Source of the DNA: Macrostomum lignano
Lineage: Eukaryota
Direction of reading: 5' to 3'
Assembly: GCA_002269645.1 (NCBI GenBank)
Contig: NIVC01001445.1
Location: 124,001-188,000 of the forward strand
DNA length: 64,000 nt
The notes below the pieces were generated by a model, which made no database searches, was not told where the DNA came from, and saw only the letters and a list, made by a program, of their open reading frames with translations. A program made the translations under genes and the position numbers. The stretch's first letter is position 1; each line of letters begins with the position of its first letter. Below are positions 38,992-51,325 of this stretch, piece by piece.

Positions 38992-40184
38992 ACTACTACC
39001 AGTGGATTCCGTTCGTGCTCGCCCTACAGGCGGTGCTGTTCTACCTGCCCCGGATCTGCTGGCTGTTCCTCAGCAACCGGTTCGGCACCAGCATCATGGA
39101 CATCATCCGGTTCTCGATGTCAGCCGCCACAGTCGAGCAGGACAAGCGGCAGCGCCTGGTTGGCTTCCTGGCCGCGCACCTGGAGAAGCTGCTGTTCCAC
39201 GTGCAGCCGTACAGGCGGGGCCGGTGGCAACAGGTGAAAAACCGGTGCGCACAGGTGCTGCCGTGCCTGGTGCTGACCAGGCGCACCGGCTTCGTGCTAG
39301 TCGGCTCCTACCTGCTGGTGAAGCTGCTGTACGTCAAGGTAGCGGTCCTGCAGCTGATCATCATGGAGCGCTTCCTGGGGATGAACGGCACCTACTGGGG
39401 CTTCAACCTGCTGGACGACCTGATCCGCCGGCGCAGCTGGGAGCGGACCGGCGTGTTCCCCAGGGTCACCCGGTGCGACCTTCGATTCGAGAACGTCGGG
39501 GGCGTGGTGAACACCTACAGCCTGCAGTGCGTGTTGCCCAACAACATGCTGAACGAGAAGATATACATCTTCCTGTGGTTCTGGGTGTGGGCCCTGGCAG
39601 TGTTCACCTCCTTCTCCTTCGTGTCCTGGGCCGTCACCTCCACAATGCGCGCATCTCGGCGCTCCTTCATCAAGAAGTACCTGAAGATCATGACCAGCAT
39701 CCACTCGGAGGAGAAGGCGGTGGCGAAGAAGTTCGTGAACAGCTTCCTGCGCTACGACGGCATCTTCCTGCTGCGCATGATCAGCCACAACGCTGGCGAC
39801 CTCATCACGGCCGAGATCGTGCGGGAGATCTGGCTGCGCTATCGTTCGAAGAAAACCGACGAGATGGACCTCGCCTGCGACTTGCCGGCGCTGCTGCCGC
39901 CGGAGCGGCCGCCGCGGTCTTCGAGTCGGCAGCGGCACAAGCACCAGCAGCACCAGCAGCAGCCGCCGCCGCCCCCGCCTCTCCAGCCCCAGATGATGTC
40001 GATGCCAGCGCGAGGCATTCAGGCGCAGCCGCTGCCGCCAAAGCGAACACCCAGCGGCGGCGGCGGCGGCGGCGGCGGCGGCAGCGGCTCCGTCAGTAGC
40101 CACAGCGGCATCGGCGGCGGCGGCGGCGGCGGCGGCAACCTGAACGGACCGGCGGGCGGTGAAGACAGCGCCAGCTATGTGTGA
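38992..40184 (+). CDS. inx: Innexin, coding exon 2 with stop
   Basis: CAG acceptor at 38989-38991. Splicing gives [28 protein letters not shown] (innexin YYQW signature), then GVFPRVTRCD, YSLQCVLPNNMLNEKIYIFLWFW and FLRYDGIFLLRMI; TGA at 40182-40184. Confidence 0.97.
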
Positions 40185-40924
40185 TGCTGGATGGGGGAAA
40201 CACTATTGATGAAGCTATTGTATTTTAAATTTAAAATCGGTTTTGAATGTTATGCTTGATATGATAAATTGGCTTTCAGTTGATGGCGGCAGATGCTTGT
40301 TGAATTTCTTTGTTGAGTTCGTGGCAGTAAACATGAAGAGGGAAGTGAGCCATTTTTATACAGGGGGGATTTCTTGGGGTGCTTAAGATACTTGAGATAC
40401 CTGAGATACCTACATGTAAGATACCTGAATACCTGAGCCACCTGAGGTACCTGAGGTCTCTGAGATACTGGAGATACCTAACCTAATGCATTTTAAAAAA
40501 AATGACCTTTCAAAAATTTCTAAAGTACTTTTGCAAAACGTCCTCCTATGCAGTTGATTTGAGCAACGGGTATTACTCTCAGCAGTCAAGAAACAGGTGG
40601 GATCATTTCATTAAAAGCTCCATTATTTCCTCATTTGAGTCTCCAAATGTTATTTTTTGCGCAGGTTTTCTCAGGTGTAAGTGTGATGCGAAAGCATTCT
40701 TCTCACCAAGAGTTCACCCTCAAAATATGTCTATCAAGGTATTATTAAGATCTTTCGAAAATGAGATGCCAACGATACATGAGAGTTCACTATAATGTCT
40801 AATTAACCAAACTCATCAAGTTCTTATTTTTTCTAATTGCAATTGAAAATTCCCACTAAAATTCGTTATTACTAACGCACAAAAATTAATTGTTTCCTAC
40901 AAGCTTTTAATGTTGAAACACCGA

Positions 40925-41110
40925 AGTAGGGGTGAGCCAGCCAATCAGACTAGGAAAAGAAAGAAATCGAAGTGGGGTGGGCGGGTAGAGCTAGCCAGCG
41001 AATCAGAGACTAGAAAGGGGAAAGGATCGGAGTGGGGTGGGCGGGTAGAGCTAGCCAGCGAATCAGAGACTAGAAAAGGGAAAGGATCGGAGTGGGGTGG
41101 GCGGGTATGG
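40925..41110. repeat. 60-bp tandem repeat, about 3 copies
   Basis: GGAGTGGGGTGGGCGGGTAGAGCTAGCCAGCGAATCAGAGACTAGAAA recurs at 60-nt spacing. Confidence 0.85.
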
Positions 41111-42954
41111 CTAACCACAGGCCGGGGTTAGAAGTCCTGTACACTCGCACGTCGATAAGGGGGAGGTGAAACGAACGGACACTCTGTGAGCCTCTCCCCG
41201 CACCAACCCCCTCCCCCTCCCCCGCGCCCCCACGTCAGGCGCGGCGCTCGTGTACATCCGGCGTGCTGTGCCTCAACTTCTTGATGTGAGGATGGCCTGA
41301 AAATCCCCGCTCAGCTCAGTTCGGTAAATTTTGCGAGTTCAAGGAGATGCTCACCAGGGCACCATTCTGATATGCTTTCGCATGCCACGTCCCTGCTTGA
41401 CTACTAACCGGCAGTAGCATGATCCTCGCTTTGCTGCTTAATCAAAGTCGATATATTTTTTTGCTAATTTTGCTCACCAAGTCGCCTTGGCTGCAGTGGA
41501 GCTGACCGTTTTTTCAATCAGTTAAAATATTAATATCGCTTTTTCGCTCTCAACATTAATTCCTGTCTTTGGAAAACGTAATTACAGTTGTGATATTTTT
41601 TATAAGCAAACTCACACAAAAATCTCTTTGACTCTCATTTTACTCCATTATGCAGTGAATGAATGCAAATGTGTATTACTAAAGCTATTGTCAATATTTA
41701 TAGATTATTAATGATGTCTTATTGTTCAAACATTTATAAAAAATTGATAAACTATTTGTTAATATAGGCCATTATTAAACCATGATGTGAGATTTTCCAT
41801 TGTTCCAAGTAGTCTGGTTCTGTGAACTTCCACCGAATGGAATAAATACGACTGATTGCAGATCAGAGTGTAATGAAGGCTTGTAAATTAGTCAGTTTTT
41901 TTTCATGATTATTTACTCTGGGGCGTTGCCAGGATTCATGATTTGGCGCCAGCGAGGGGCGCTAACTTGGATACGCTGTCTTGAGGGCGCCATCGTGGGA
42001 GGCGTCCTCTTGGGGGCGCCAGTGCCAAATAAACAGGACATGAAACTCAAAGATTGTGTAACTTTTGGAGGCCGATTTCCTGACAGAATACACTGCGAAG
42101 ATAGGAAAAACATTTTTTCATCACAAAACCAATGATTGCATTTGATCTGGGGCAGTGAAGATTACCAATTATTTAAATTTAGCATGCACAACATGTTACT
42201 CTGTTGTATTTTATTTTATTTTTATTCTATAAGCCCAAAGCAAAGTTGCAAATACTTACAAATGAGAAATTTTTGGATTGTTGCTTCTTTTGAATGAATT
42301 AGTATGTTTGTAATACAACTGTTGCATGCAGCCACTCCAAGCTTAAAATATACTTGACTCAAGAAGGAATGAAACAAGAATTTCACTTCACTTACAACTT
42401 TGCCTTATAAAATAAAAAGAAAGTATTATGAAAATGAAATTCACTTGAGAAATATATAAAATACGACAGTGCATGCGCATGCTAAATTAAAAGAATGGTA
42501 GCCTTCACTGCCCCACATCAAATGCAGTTATTGATTTCTTGTTGAAAAAAAGATTTTTCTAGGAAATCAGCCTTCAAAAAATCACACGATTTTGTGTGCC
42601 ATTTTGCCGCTGCGTCTTCGGACCGTCCTGCAGCCAAGTCAAGTCAGTGCGCCATTCTGCCCATCTGTTGCTACATCTGACATTGTCATTGAAAGTGTAA
42701 AAAAGAATTAAAAAAACATTTGCAGTCATTTTATCGGTTGACCTGCACGTCTGGCAAGATATAATTAAAAAATTTTTTTTGGTGGCGTCAGGGTGAATTC
42801 AGACCAGGAACAGCGGTTGAAAAAAGTGCAACACAAAAATATATCCGTTACTCAATTTAACATAATATTAAAACGGTTGATAACAGCCAAATACAACATG
42901 AGATAAACGTGTGATTAGGTGTGCATATGATCAGTTGAAATGATGCAATTCCAA

Positions 42955-43410
42955 CATAATCTCAAGATGAGACAGTTGACTCCAAGATAATCTCAGATTG
43001 AGACAGTCGACTCCAAGATAATCTCAGATTGAGACAGTCGACTCCAGGATAATCTCAGGATGAGATAATTGATTCTGAGATCATCTCAGGATGAGACAGT
43101 TGATTCCAAGATAATCTCAGGATGAGATAGTTGATTCCAAGATAATCTTAGGTTGAGACAGTTGGTTCCAAGATAATCTCAGGATGAGACAGTTGATTCC
43201 AAGATAATCTCAGGATGAGACAGTTGATTCCAAGATAATCTCAGGATGCGACAGCTGATTCCAAGATAATCTCAGGTTGAGAAAGTTGACTCTGAGATAA
43301 TCTCAGGATCAGATAGTCGATTCTAAGACTAAACCTAAGGATGAGGTCGTCGATTCCGAAAATAATCTCAGGTTAAGAAATTTGATTCGAGATAATATAG
43401 GTGTGAGAGA
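42955..43410. repeat. 31-bp minisatellite (GATAATCTCAGGATGAGACAGTTGATTCCAA)
   Basis: About 14 diverged copies just beyond the GPCR stop codon. Confidence 0.9.
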
Positions 43411-43471
43411 GTTTATTTTACAACAATCTCAGGGTAAGACTGAGTGAGGGTCAATCAACTACAGGTGGAAG

Positions 43472-43810
43472 TCAAACCGCGGTGTCCCGAACTTCTGTGT
43501 CGCCGTTTGCCACGGGCGCGTACTCCACGGCTCCACTGTCGCCGGCCGTCGGTTGCTTCGCAGCGGACCGACGTCCGGTTGCTGCCGCCGCGCGGTTGCC
43601 TGGCAACGAGTGGCGCCGGCAAAGCGCGGAACAGCCGGCCAGCTGGCCGAAGGTCTGCCTAAACTGCTCGGACATGCCGTAGTAGAAAATGAAATTCACG
43701 CTGTGATTGCAGAGCGTCATCAGGTCGAACACGTCTCCGAGGGGGTCGTAGAACCGCTTCGAGTAACAGTCCTTGTCTGGCGAGCTGCCAAGGACGATCA
43801 GCATGATGGC
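43472..43810 (-). CDS. Class A peptide GPCR (myosuppressin/DmsR/Srw-like), exon 2: end of TM6, TM7 and C-tail
   Basis: Acceptor CTCCCGCAG|GCC, phase 0, joining WPQ|AIMLIVLG...DVFDLMTLCNHSVNFIFYYGMSEQFRQTF (TM7 and helix 8 pattern); stop ends at 43472. Confidence 0.88.
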   Translation of the reverse strand, partial: AIMLIVLGSSPDKDCYSKRFYDPLGDVFDLMTLCNHSVNFIFYYGMSEQFRQTFGQLAGCSALCRRHSLPGNRAAAATGRRSAAKQPTAGDSGAVEYAPVANGDTEVRDTAV

Positions 43811-43839
43811 CTGCGGGAGGGTGCGACCGTAGTGCTCTG

Positions 43840-43910
<71 letters not shown>

Positions 43911-43935
43911 AACTAGGACAGACAGATGCACAGAC
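43840..43935. repeat. (CAGA)n microsatellite next to the GPCR intron acceptor
   Basis: Direct reading. Confidence 0.95.
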
Positions 43936-44162
43936 AGGCAGACGGACTTGCCTTCACTGCCAAGATCAAATTTCCTGCACCATTTGTTACACTGGGGCAT
44001 GCAGGCGGGACGGGCAATCCAGGCTCAAAAGAGATTTACGCTACATATCTGCAATCGGCTGTCTTGGCTCAAATTCAGTTTTCTGTCTTGATCGGTTGCG
44101 ACAGAATTGGCATCGCAAACTCCCTGAGGCCTACCGGCAGTCTTGGCTATACCTCAGTGCCC

Positions 44163-45125
44163 TCAGTGCATCCTCCGGGGTGCTCCAGGGAGATACGCTA
44201 GCGCCGCTCCTATTTATTCTGGTGCTTGACTGGGTGCTACGGACTGCTCTGCCTTCCAACGACGACGGCTTCCTGCTGCGGCGACGCGTGGGTCGACGCC
44301 AACCAGAGAGACGGCTCAGCGTGCTTGGCTACGCCGATGACCTCGCCCTGCTGTCCTCGACCGTCGAGGGCGCCCAACGACAGCTGGATAGGCTGGTTGC
44401 CGTTGCGGCGAGCGTCGGCCTGGTGGTCAACACGCAGAAGACCGTCGTGCTATGCGTGCCGGACGACACCGAGGCTGCAATCTTCTGCCGAGGCGCTGAC
44501 GGACAGGCGAGTGAGCTTCCAAGATGTCAGCAGTTCGTCTACCTCGGCGGTCTGGTTCCCGACGTTCGCGAGGATCTGCGGCGTCGCCGAGGACTTGCCT
44601 GGGCTGCCTTTCGTTCTATAAGGTCAGTCCTGCAGTCCGAGGCCTTACCGGACCGCCAGAGGGCGGCGCTGTTCCAGGCGGTGATCGAAACCGTCCTGTT
44701 ATACAACGCCGAGACCTGGACGCTGACAGACTCGCTCGAGGCTCAAGTCGACGCGGCGCACGCTGGCCTGCTGCGCGCCGCCTTCAAGATCGGCAACGAG
44801 CGAGTCACCAACACGGCGCTCTATCATCGCGCCGGCCTGGCCCGTCCTAGCGATCTGCTGCGCCGTCGGCAACTCCAGCTGGCAGGCCACGTCATCCGCG
44901 CCGAGGCCTACTGTCCAGAGCCGGTGCAGGAGGTGCTGCTACTTACGTTGCAGGCACCCTACCGGCGGGGACAGGCGAGGACTCGGCGCTACGTCGACTG
45001 TCTGCTGGCTGACGCCGGCGCCCCGGACTCTGCCGGCGGTGCGGCCTTTGTTCGCGCCCAAGCTTCGAAGCGCGCCATCTGACGCTGCTTTTGCGAACCG
45101 GCAGCGTACTCTGTTGTTGTTGTTG
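44163..45125 (+). mobile_element. 5'-truncated RTE-like non-LTR retrotransposon (RT C-terminal half), antisense within the GPCR intron
   Basis: GVLQGDTLAPLLF, YADD (44330-44341), FVYLG, VLLYNAETWTL and QLAGHV motifs; open to TGA at 45082; (GTT)n tail; 9-bp TSD TCAGTGCCC at 44154-44162 and 45126-45134. Confidence 0.93.
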
Positions 45126-45929
45126 TCAGTGCCCAGTCAGGAGGAAAAGGCTCGGTGACCATCTCGTGACAGCTGTGGCCCAAGTCCCTCTAATCTCTCA
45201 TTTTGTCTCCTTTCTGTTTTTGGTTATTAATCTCCCCTTTGTCTGTAATCTCTAATTTTTCTCTAATCTCTTATTTTCCCCTCTAATCTTCCCTTAGTCT
45301 CTAATCCCTCATTTGCCCCTCTAATCTCTCTTTAGTCTCTCTAATCCCCGATTTCTCCCTCTAATCTAATTTATTTTTCCCTCTACAATTTCTCACTTGT
45401 CTCTAATCTCTGCCTTGTCTCTGTGCAGGCTCGCGGTCTTCCCCTTCAATCACAGCTAAAAAACCGCACTGCAATAAGCAAAAGAAACAAAATGATTTCT
45501 GCTTTTGCCGGGCGCAGTGTGCATGCCAGTCTCCTAATAATAGCCAGAGCAAAGCATTGAGTAGTTTTATCCAAACTGCAGTGATCCGCGGGGCTCATCT
45601 GCAGTGCCCCGCTTCCCTCTTTGAGCTGCTTCTCCTGCTCAGCCCCAGGGGGCCGCTGATGCAGCAACTTTTTTCAGAATTGTAGCGATTCGCCCATGTT
45701 AATCTGCCTCTGGCACCACTCTGGCTCAGTGAATATACAGAATATTATTGTAGACCCTCCCTAATCCTTGATCCTGCTGTACGGGCAGTTGGATACTGTC
45801 CTGTGAGCCTCTGCTCCTGTAGTGCTTATATTTATATCCGTATTTAAAGAAGCTGGAGACTCCATCTTATTAAATTTGGCTTTGGCTGTACAGGGTGTTT
45901 AGATGTAGTTTTTGCCTTCTTATGTACAC

Positions 45930-46590
45930 GCACTTCCATATATGGACTTTTCAGATCTCTATAGCATGCACACTTCCATATATGGACTTGTTAGATCTCT
46001 ATAGCATGCACACTTCCATATATGGACTTGTTAGATCTCTATAGCATGCACACTTCCATATATGGACTTGTTAGATCTCTATAGCATGCACAATTCCATA
46101 TATGGACTTGTCAGATATCTATAGCATGCACACTTCCATATATGGACTTGTCAAACCTCTATAGCATGCACAATTCCATATATGGACTTGTCAGATCTCT
46201 ATAGCATGCACACTCCCATATATGGACTTGTCAGATCTCTATAGCATGCACACTTCTATATATGGACTTGTCAGATCTCTATAGCATGCACACTTCCATA
46301 TATGGATTTGTCAGATCTCTATAGCATGCACACTTCTATATATGGACTTTTCAGATCTCTATAGCATGCACAATTCCATATATGGACTTGTCAGATCTCT
46401 ATAGCATGCACACTCCCATATATGGACTTGTCAGATATCTATAGCATGCACACTTCCATATATGGACTTGTCAAACCTCTATAGCATGCACAGTTCCATA
46501 TATGGACTTGTCAAACCTCTATAGCATGCACAATTCCATATATGGACTTGTCAAACCTCTATAGCATGCACAATTCCATATATGGACTTT
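45930..46590. repeat. 40-bp minisatellite (TATGGACTTGTCAGATCTCTATAGCATGCACACTTCCATA), about 16 copies
   Basis: Period 40 visible from column alignment. Confidence 0.96.
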
Positions 46591-47019
46591 ATAAATACTT
46601 CCTATGAGCATAATTATAAAAATACGCTCGTACATTTTTCAGGTGAGAAGAATATGGCAAAAATCGTTTTGGACAGCAAGCATCACTGGAAATCCTTTTT
46701 CACCTTTGTAGCGGAAATTTCAATCAAATCGGCCCTTTGAACTGATCAAGTCAGCGTCATAAATATCCAATTCGCAAAGAACTTCATCAATTCATTTTCA
46801 TTTTTGGTGATTGGCGAGAAATCCAGCGGGCCGTGAGGGAGCAGCTGCGACAATGAGCTGTCAAGAAGAAATTAGAAAAGGGTCTTTCTTCTAGAAGAGA
46901 CTGCCACACCCAAGAGGCCGTCGCTGGCCCTGTTGCAGAGGGCTTATTCTTTATAAAATTAATTAATTCTTTAATTTTTCAATCTCAGCTGAGATTCACG
47001 CTTCTAATCTATATCTCCC

Positions 47020-47240
47020 TGTGAGATTTACTGCGAAATCTAATGTAGGATTCACTCACTGATCTACTATGAGATTCACTCTTTAATCTACTATGAGATT
47101 CACTCACTGATCTACTATGAGATTCACTCTCTAATCTACTATGAGACTCACTCTGTAATCTACTATGAGATTCACCCATGAAGACGGGATCTCACAGTAT
47201 AATTCAAACTACCTTGAGACTCACTCTATAATCATACTAT
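47020..47240. repeat. 24-bp repeat (GAGATTCACTCTCTAATCTACTAT)
   Basis: Direct reading. Confidence 0.85.
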
Positions 47241-48334
47241 GAGTGTCGCATGATATTGCATATACTCGTATTTTGCAATATATTGTGGATAAAATTTCTG
47301 GTTAAACAGCAGCAAGAAACGAAGGCCTGGAAGCCGCATACAGTTTCAATTTTCCATATTTGTCTCTCTCTCTGTTAAGCTTCTGCTTTCGGCTAAAGAG
47401 TAGCGAAATGCCCCGTCATCGCCAATCACCGTTGAAGCAGCTGCTTCATAATAGCAATATCCTCAGACATTGCTACAGTTGGGTGCCCTGTGTTTGCTAT
47501 AAAACTCATTACCGATATGTAGCGTTGAAAACTTAATTAACAGCGCGCCAATTTGAGCTACTTTTGCTGTCGTGACCGCCGAACCGCAGCTCAGCTCACG
47601 CGGGGTGTACAATGGCCCTGACTTTCTCTCGGTTTGGAGGGCTTTAGCCATCGTGGCTTTGAATCGAGCTCAGAATGGAACCCAGAAGATCCAGAATGCC
47701 GATATCCGATATGTAGCGTAGAAGACTTCTTTAAGCTGCTTTTTGCATAAAGGTTTGGTGTTTCCAAGTGCCATTAGATTTTGCTGAGAATTCGACAGCA
47801 GGAGCAGCAAAGATTTTAAGGGGAATTGTTGGCTTTTGCTGCGTTTTTAAACCGGCATCAGATTTCTCTAAGCCTCGCTTGACCTCGGCAAGATTAGGCT
47901 CGGCAAGATTAGGCTCGGCAAGATTAGGCTACGCGAAAAAAAATTTCAAATCTTGGCAGCATACGAAGTTGCAGCAGCTTGCGCAGCAACCAAAAATCGA
48001 CAGATTTCTGACGGGGGAATTCTTAGAAACCGGTGCTCAAGCCATCTTGAGACAACTTTGGCGGTGCATGAATATTAATGGGAGACATTGGCAGGCTTGT
48101 CACGGGCCTGCCGTCAGGGAGGCTCGGCCTTCGCTATTTAATGCGGTTAGTCGGAGCTGAGCTGAGGGAAGCTGATCACTTCCCGATGGAGCTGGTGAGC
48201 GTAGGAGTAATTAATTGCAGTTACTCTGAATAACTCTAATATTGCGCTCTACCATGCATTCGCGGAAATCTTTAGCAGAAATAATTTTTAACTGAAGAGG
48301 CTGGACCAGATTAAGGACTATATAGAGGATCAGA

Positions 48335-48495
48335 CTGAGGACCAGATTGATAACCAGATTGATAACCAGATTGATAACTAGATTTAGGAACAGATTGATA
48401 ACCAGATTGATAACCAGATTGATAACTAGATTTAGGAACAGATTGATAACCAGATTGATAACCAGATTGATAACCAGATTAAGTACCAGATTATG
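48335..48495. repeat. 12-bp repeat (ACCAGATTGATA)
   Basis: Direct reading. Confidence 0.9.
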
Positions 48496-48568
48496 GGCCA
48501 GATGGGGGACCGAAAAACAGGCCCGGACAGACCGAGAGCAGGCGATTCTTCATTGAGCAGCGGCTCAC

Positions 48569-49497
48569 CTGAGGCCAGACGCTGACCACGCTGACCAGCA
48601 CGATGGTGATGAGGATCTTGGTGGTCCGGTTGGTCTGCCTGTCCGTCTCGCTCTGCCCCCGGCCGCTGCACCATCCGGCGCCGCGGCGCCAGCAGACGCA
48701 GACTTGGCGCCAGCTCGCAGCGCCTTGCGCCTGACGTGAGTCCGCCGTAGCGAGCGGATGAGGAGGACGCTGAGCAGGGTGAGCAGCAGCACGGGCAGGA
48801 ATTTGATCCCCAGCCCGATGATCCAGAAGTTGAGGCTGCTCAGCAGCGTGTTTTGAAACTTCAGTTCGAACTCAAAGTAGGTAGCGTTAGGATCGAGCCC
48901 GCACAGGTGGCTTCTGGCGCGAACTTTCTCCGGCTTGGCCAAGGTCACGTGATGCTCGAGCGCGTTCGGTGCCACCATGGCAACGGAGGCGACGCAGGCG
49001 AGGCCGATGCTGAGCAGGGAGGTCCGGTTAGTGCAGATCTGCTTGCTGCGCACCGGCAGCTCGATGTAGACGAGGCGGAAGGCGGCCAGGGCCACCGTGA
49101 TCCAGGAGCTGCAGGAGTGCGCGAAGATGGCCAGGCAGACCTGCACCCACAGGAACAGCTGCCAGGCGTAGGGCTCCGGGCAGCCCTGCCTCAGCCGGTT
49201 CTGCATGGTGAAGTACAGGCAGAACGGCAGGTAGGACATGGACAGCAGGCAGTCGCAGAGAGCCAGGGCGGTCAGCAGCGTGTTGGTGGGGTTGCGCATC
49301 GATCGCTGGCAGAAGACGACCATGTTCAGCAAGTTGGTGGCGGCGCCGACGCTGCACAGGATGGTGGCGAGGTATTTGTGCGCCTCCTGGTAGCTGACGG
49401 ACAGGCGGGTGAGCAGCTCCGGCGGCGGGCTGCAGTTGCTGGGCAGAGTGGCGTTGGCCGGCGCCGCCAGCAGGTCGCCGAGGGCCGGCGCGGCCAT
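48569..49497 (-). CDS. Class A peptide GPCR (myosuppressin/DmsR/Srw-like), exon 1: TM1-TM6, with a 1-nt frameshift at 48656-48660
   Basis: N-terminal NAT/NCS sequons; TNLLNMVVF, MRNPTNTLLTALALCD, HSCSSWITVALAAFRLVYI, KFLPVLLLTLLS. After the G-run the other frame reads SETDRQTNRTTKILITIVLVSVVSVWPQ to a GTGAGC donor. Exon length 929 = 930 minus 1. Confidence 0.9.
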
Positions 49498-49499
49498 GG

Positions 49500-49710
49500 G
49501 AACTGTTGCAGATCCTCGCGGACTGTTGCGGACTGTTGCGGACTGTTGCGGACTGTTGCGGACTGTTGCGGACTCTGCGGAATTTAGAGACGCTGCAAAG
49601 GAGAGGGGGGAATGGGAGATAAGCTGCAAAAGAGAGGGGGAATGGGAGATAAGCTGCAAAGGAGAGGGGGAATGGGAGATAAGCTGCAAAGGAGAGGGGG
49701 GAATGAGAGA
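49500..49710. repeat. 10-bp (GCGGACTGTT) and 30-bp (GGAGATAAGCTGCAAAGGAGAGGGGGAATG) short arrays upstream of the GPCR ATG
   Basis: Direct reading. Confidence 0.85.
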
Positions 49711-50268
49711 TAAGAGCATACCCTCTTATCCCAAAAGCTTTGACCTAAAGACGGCCATGAAGTCACTATAAAATTCTTGCTCGATTTGTCGATTTGTCGA
49801 TTGGAGAGAGGTAGAGAGAGAGAGTTGATGTAGCTCGTATCAGATCGGCTATCAGCTTCAGTGCGCTCGGGTTTTAATTTTCTTTTTCCGAATGGATGCT
49901 GACAGGATGGCGAGGCTCTCACGAGGCTGCAGGGCAGCCGATCAGAGCCCAGGTAAAAGTGACGGCCCGCTCACCCCCCCCCCCCTAAATTGCAATTGCG
50001 GCTGCGCCAAAAGAAGCAATTATTCCCTGGCTATCAGAGCTCGCAAAAACTCAGATCCTCTCGCCTGCTCAGCTCACACGCGAGAAAAGGAGTCACATTA
50101 ATCAGCGGGGAGAAATGGGCAAAAGGTGAGGCTCCTCCTGCTCTGCGGGGGCGGCGGCAGGAGCCAGAAGAAGGGAGGTGACACCTGCACGCAACAAGTG
50201 AAAGGAATTTAAACAGCTTTTACCCGCGTAAAATGGAGTGGCACCTTGAGAATAGTTTATGGCCACCA

Positions 50269-51000
50269 CAGTCCATGACACTGGATGTCACATTCACAGT
50301 CCATGACACTGGATGTCACATTCACAGTCCATGACACTGGATGTCACATTCACAGTCCATGACACTGGATGTCACATTCACAGTCCATGACACTGGATGT
50401 CACATTCACAGTCCATGACACTGGATGTCACATTCACAGTCCATGACACTGGATGTCACATTCACAGTCCATGACACTGGATGTCACATTCACAGTCCAT
50501 GACACTGGATGTCACATTCACAGTCCATGACACTGGATGTCACATTCACAGTCCATGACACTGGATGTCACATTCACAGTCCATGACACTGGATGTCACA
50601 TTCACAGTCCATGACACTGGATGTCACATTCACAGTCCATGACACTGGATGTCACATTCACAGTCCATGACACTGGATGTCACATTCACAGTCCATGACA
50701 CTGGATGTCACATTCACAGTCCATGACACTGGATGTCACATTCACAGTCCATGACACTGGATGTCACATTCACAGTCCATGACACTGGATGTCACATTCA
50801 CAGTCCATGACACTGGATGCCACATTCACAGTCCATGACACTCACCTGTCACTGACACTGGATGTCACATTCACAGCCCGTGACACTCACCTATCACTGA
50901 CACTGGATGTCACATTCACAGTCCATGACACTCACTTGTCACTGACACTGGATGTCACATTCACAGTCCATGACACTCACCTGTCACTGACACTGGATGC
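50269..51000. repeat. 28-bp minisatellite (CAGTCCATGACACTGGATGTCACATTCA), about 20 copies plus about 44-bp derived units
   Basis: Direct reading. Confidence 0.97.
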
Positions 51001-51325
51001 CAAATTCACAATCCATGAGAGTGGATCTGACACGGGTGACATGGTAAATGTGAAAGCATGAGCACGTGACTCACATTGTCAGTTGTTAATCAGCACGCCA
51101 GTCGGTTCAGCTTGAAACTGAAATTTTTATGGCGTTCGCCGGTCTGCAGTTTTGCTAAAAAACTGATGCGCCTGGCGAGAACCGATTCTCCACGGATGGC
51201 TTCTGAATGAGTCCGGCCTTCACCCCCTCGGCCACCCCAGCCCACCCCCGCTGAGCAGTTCGGACCAATCGGTTTCCGACTGAGGCACTCTTCTGGAGCA
51301 GACTGGTTGAGCTGGGGCAGGAGAC

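Noticed and set aside
39297-40103. 268-aa antisense ORF and alternate-frame 382-aa ORF over innexin exon 2 (similar shadows over PiC and the GPCR)
   Set aside because: Expected shadow ORFs from strong GC3 bias in real coding sequence.
41918-42025. Left end resembling the 9761 MITE TIR
   Set aside because: No matching right TIR or TSD found; at most a fragment.
43811-43840. Alternative acceptor TCTCAG at 43837 for GPCR exon 2
   Set aside because: It adds 26 nt and breaks the frame relative to the phase-0 donor; the 43811 acceptor gives a seamless TM6.
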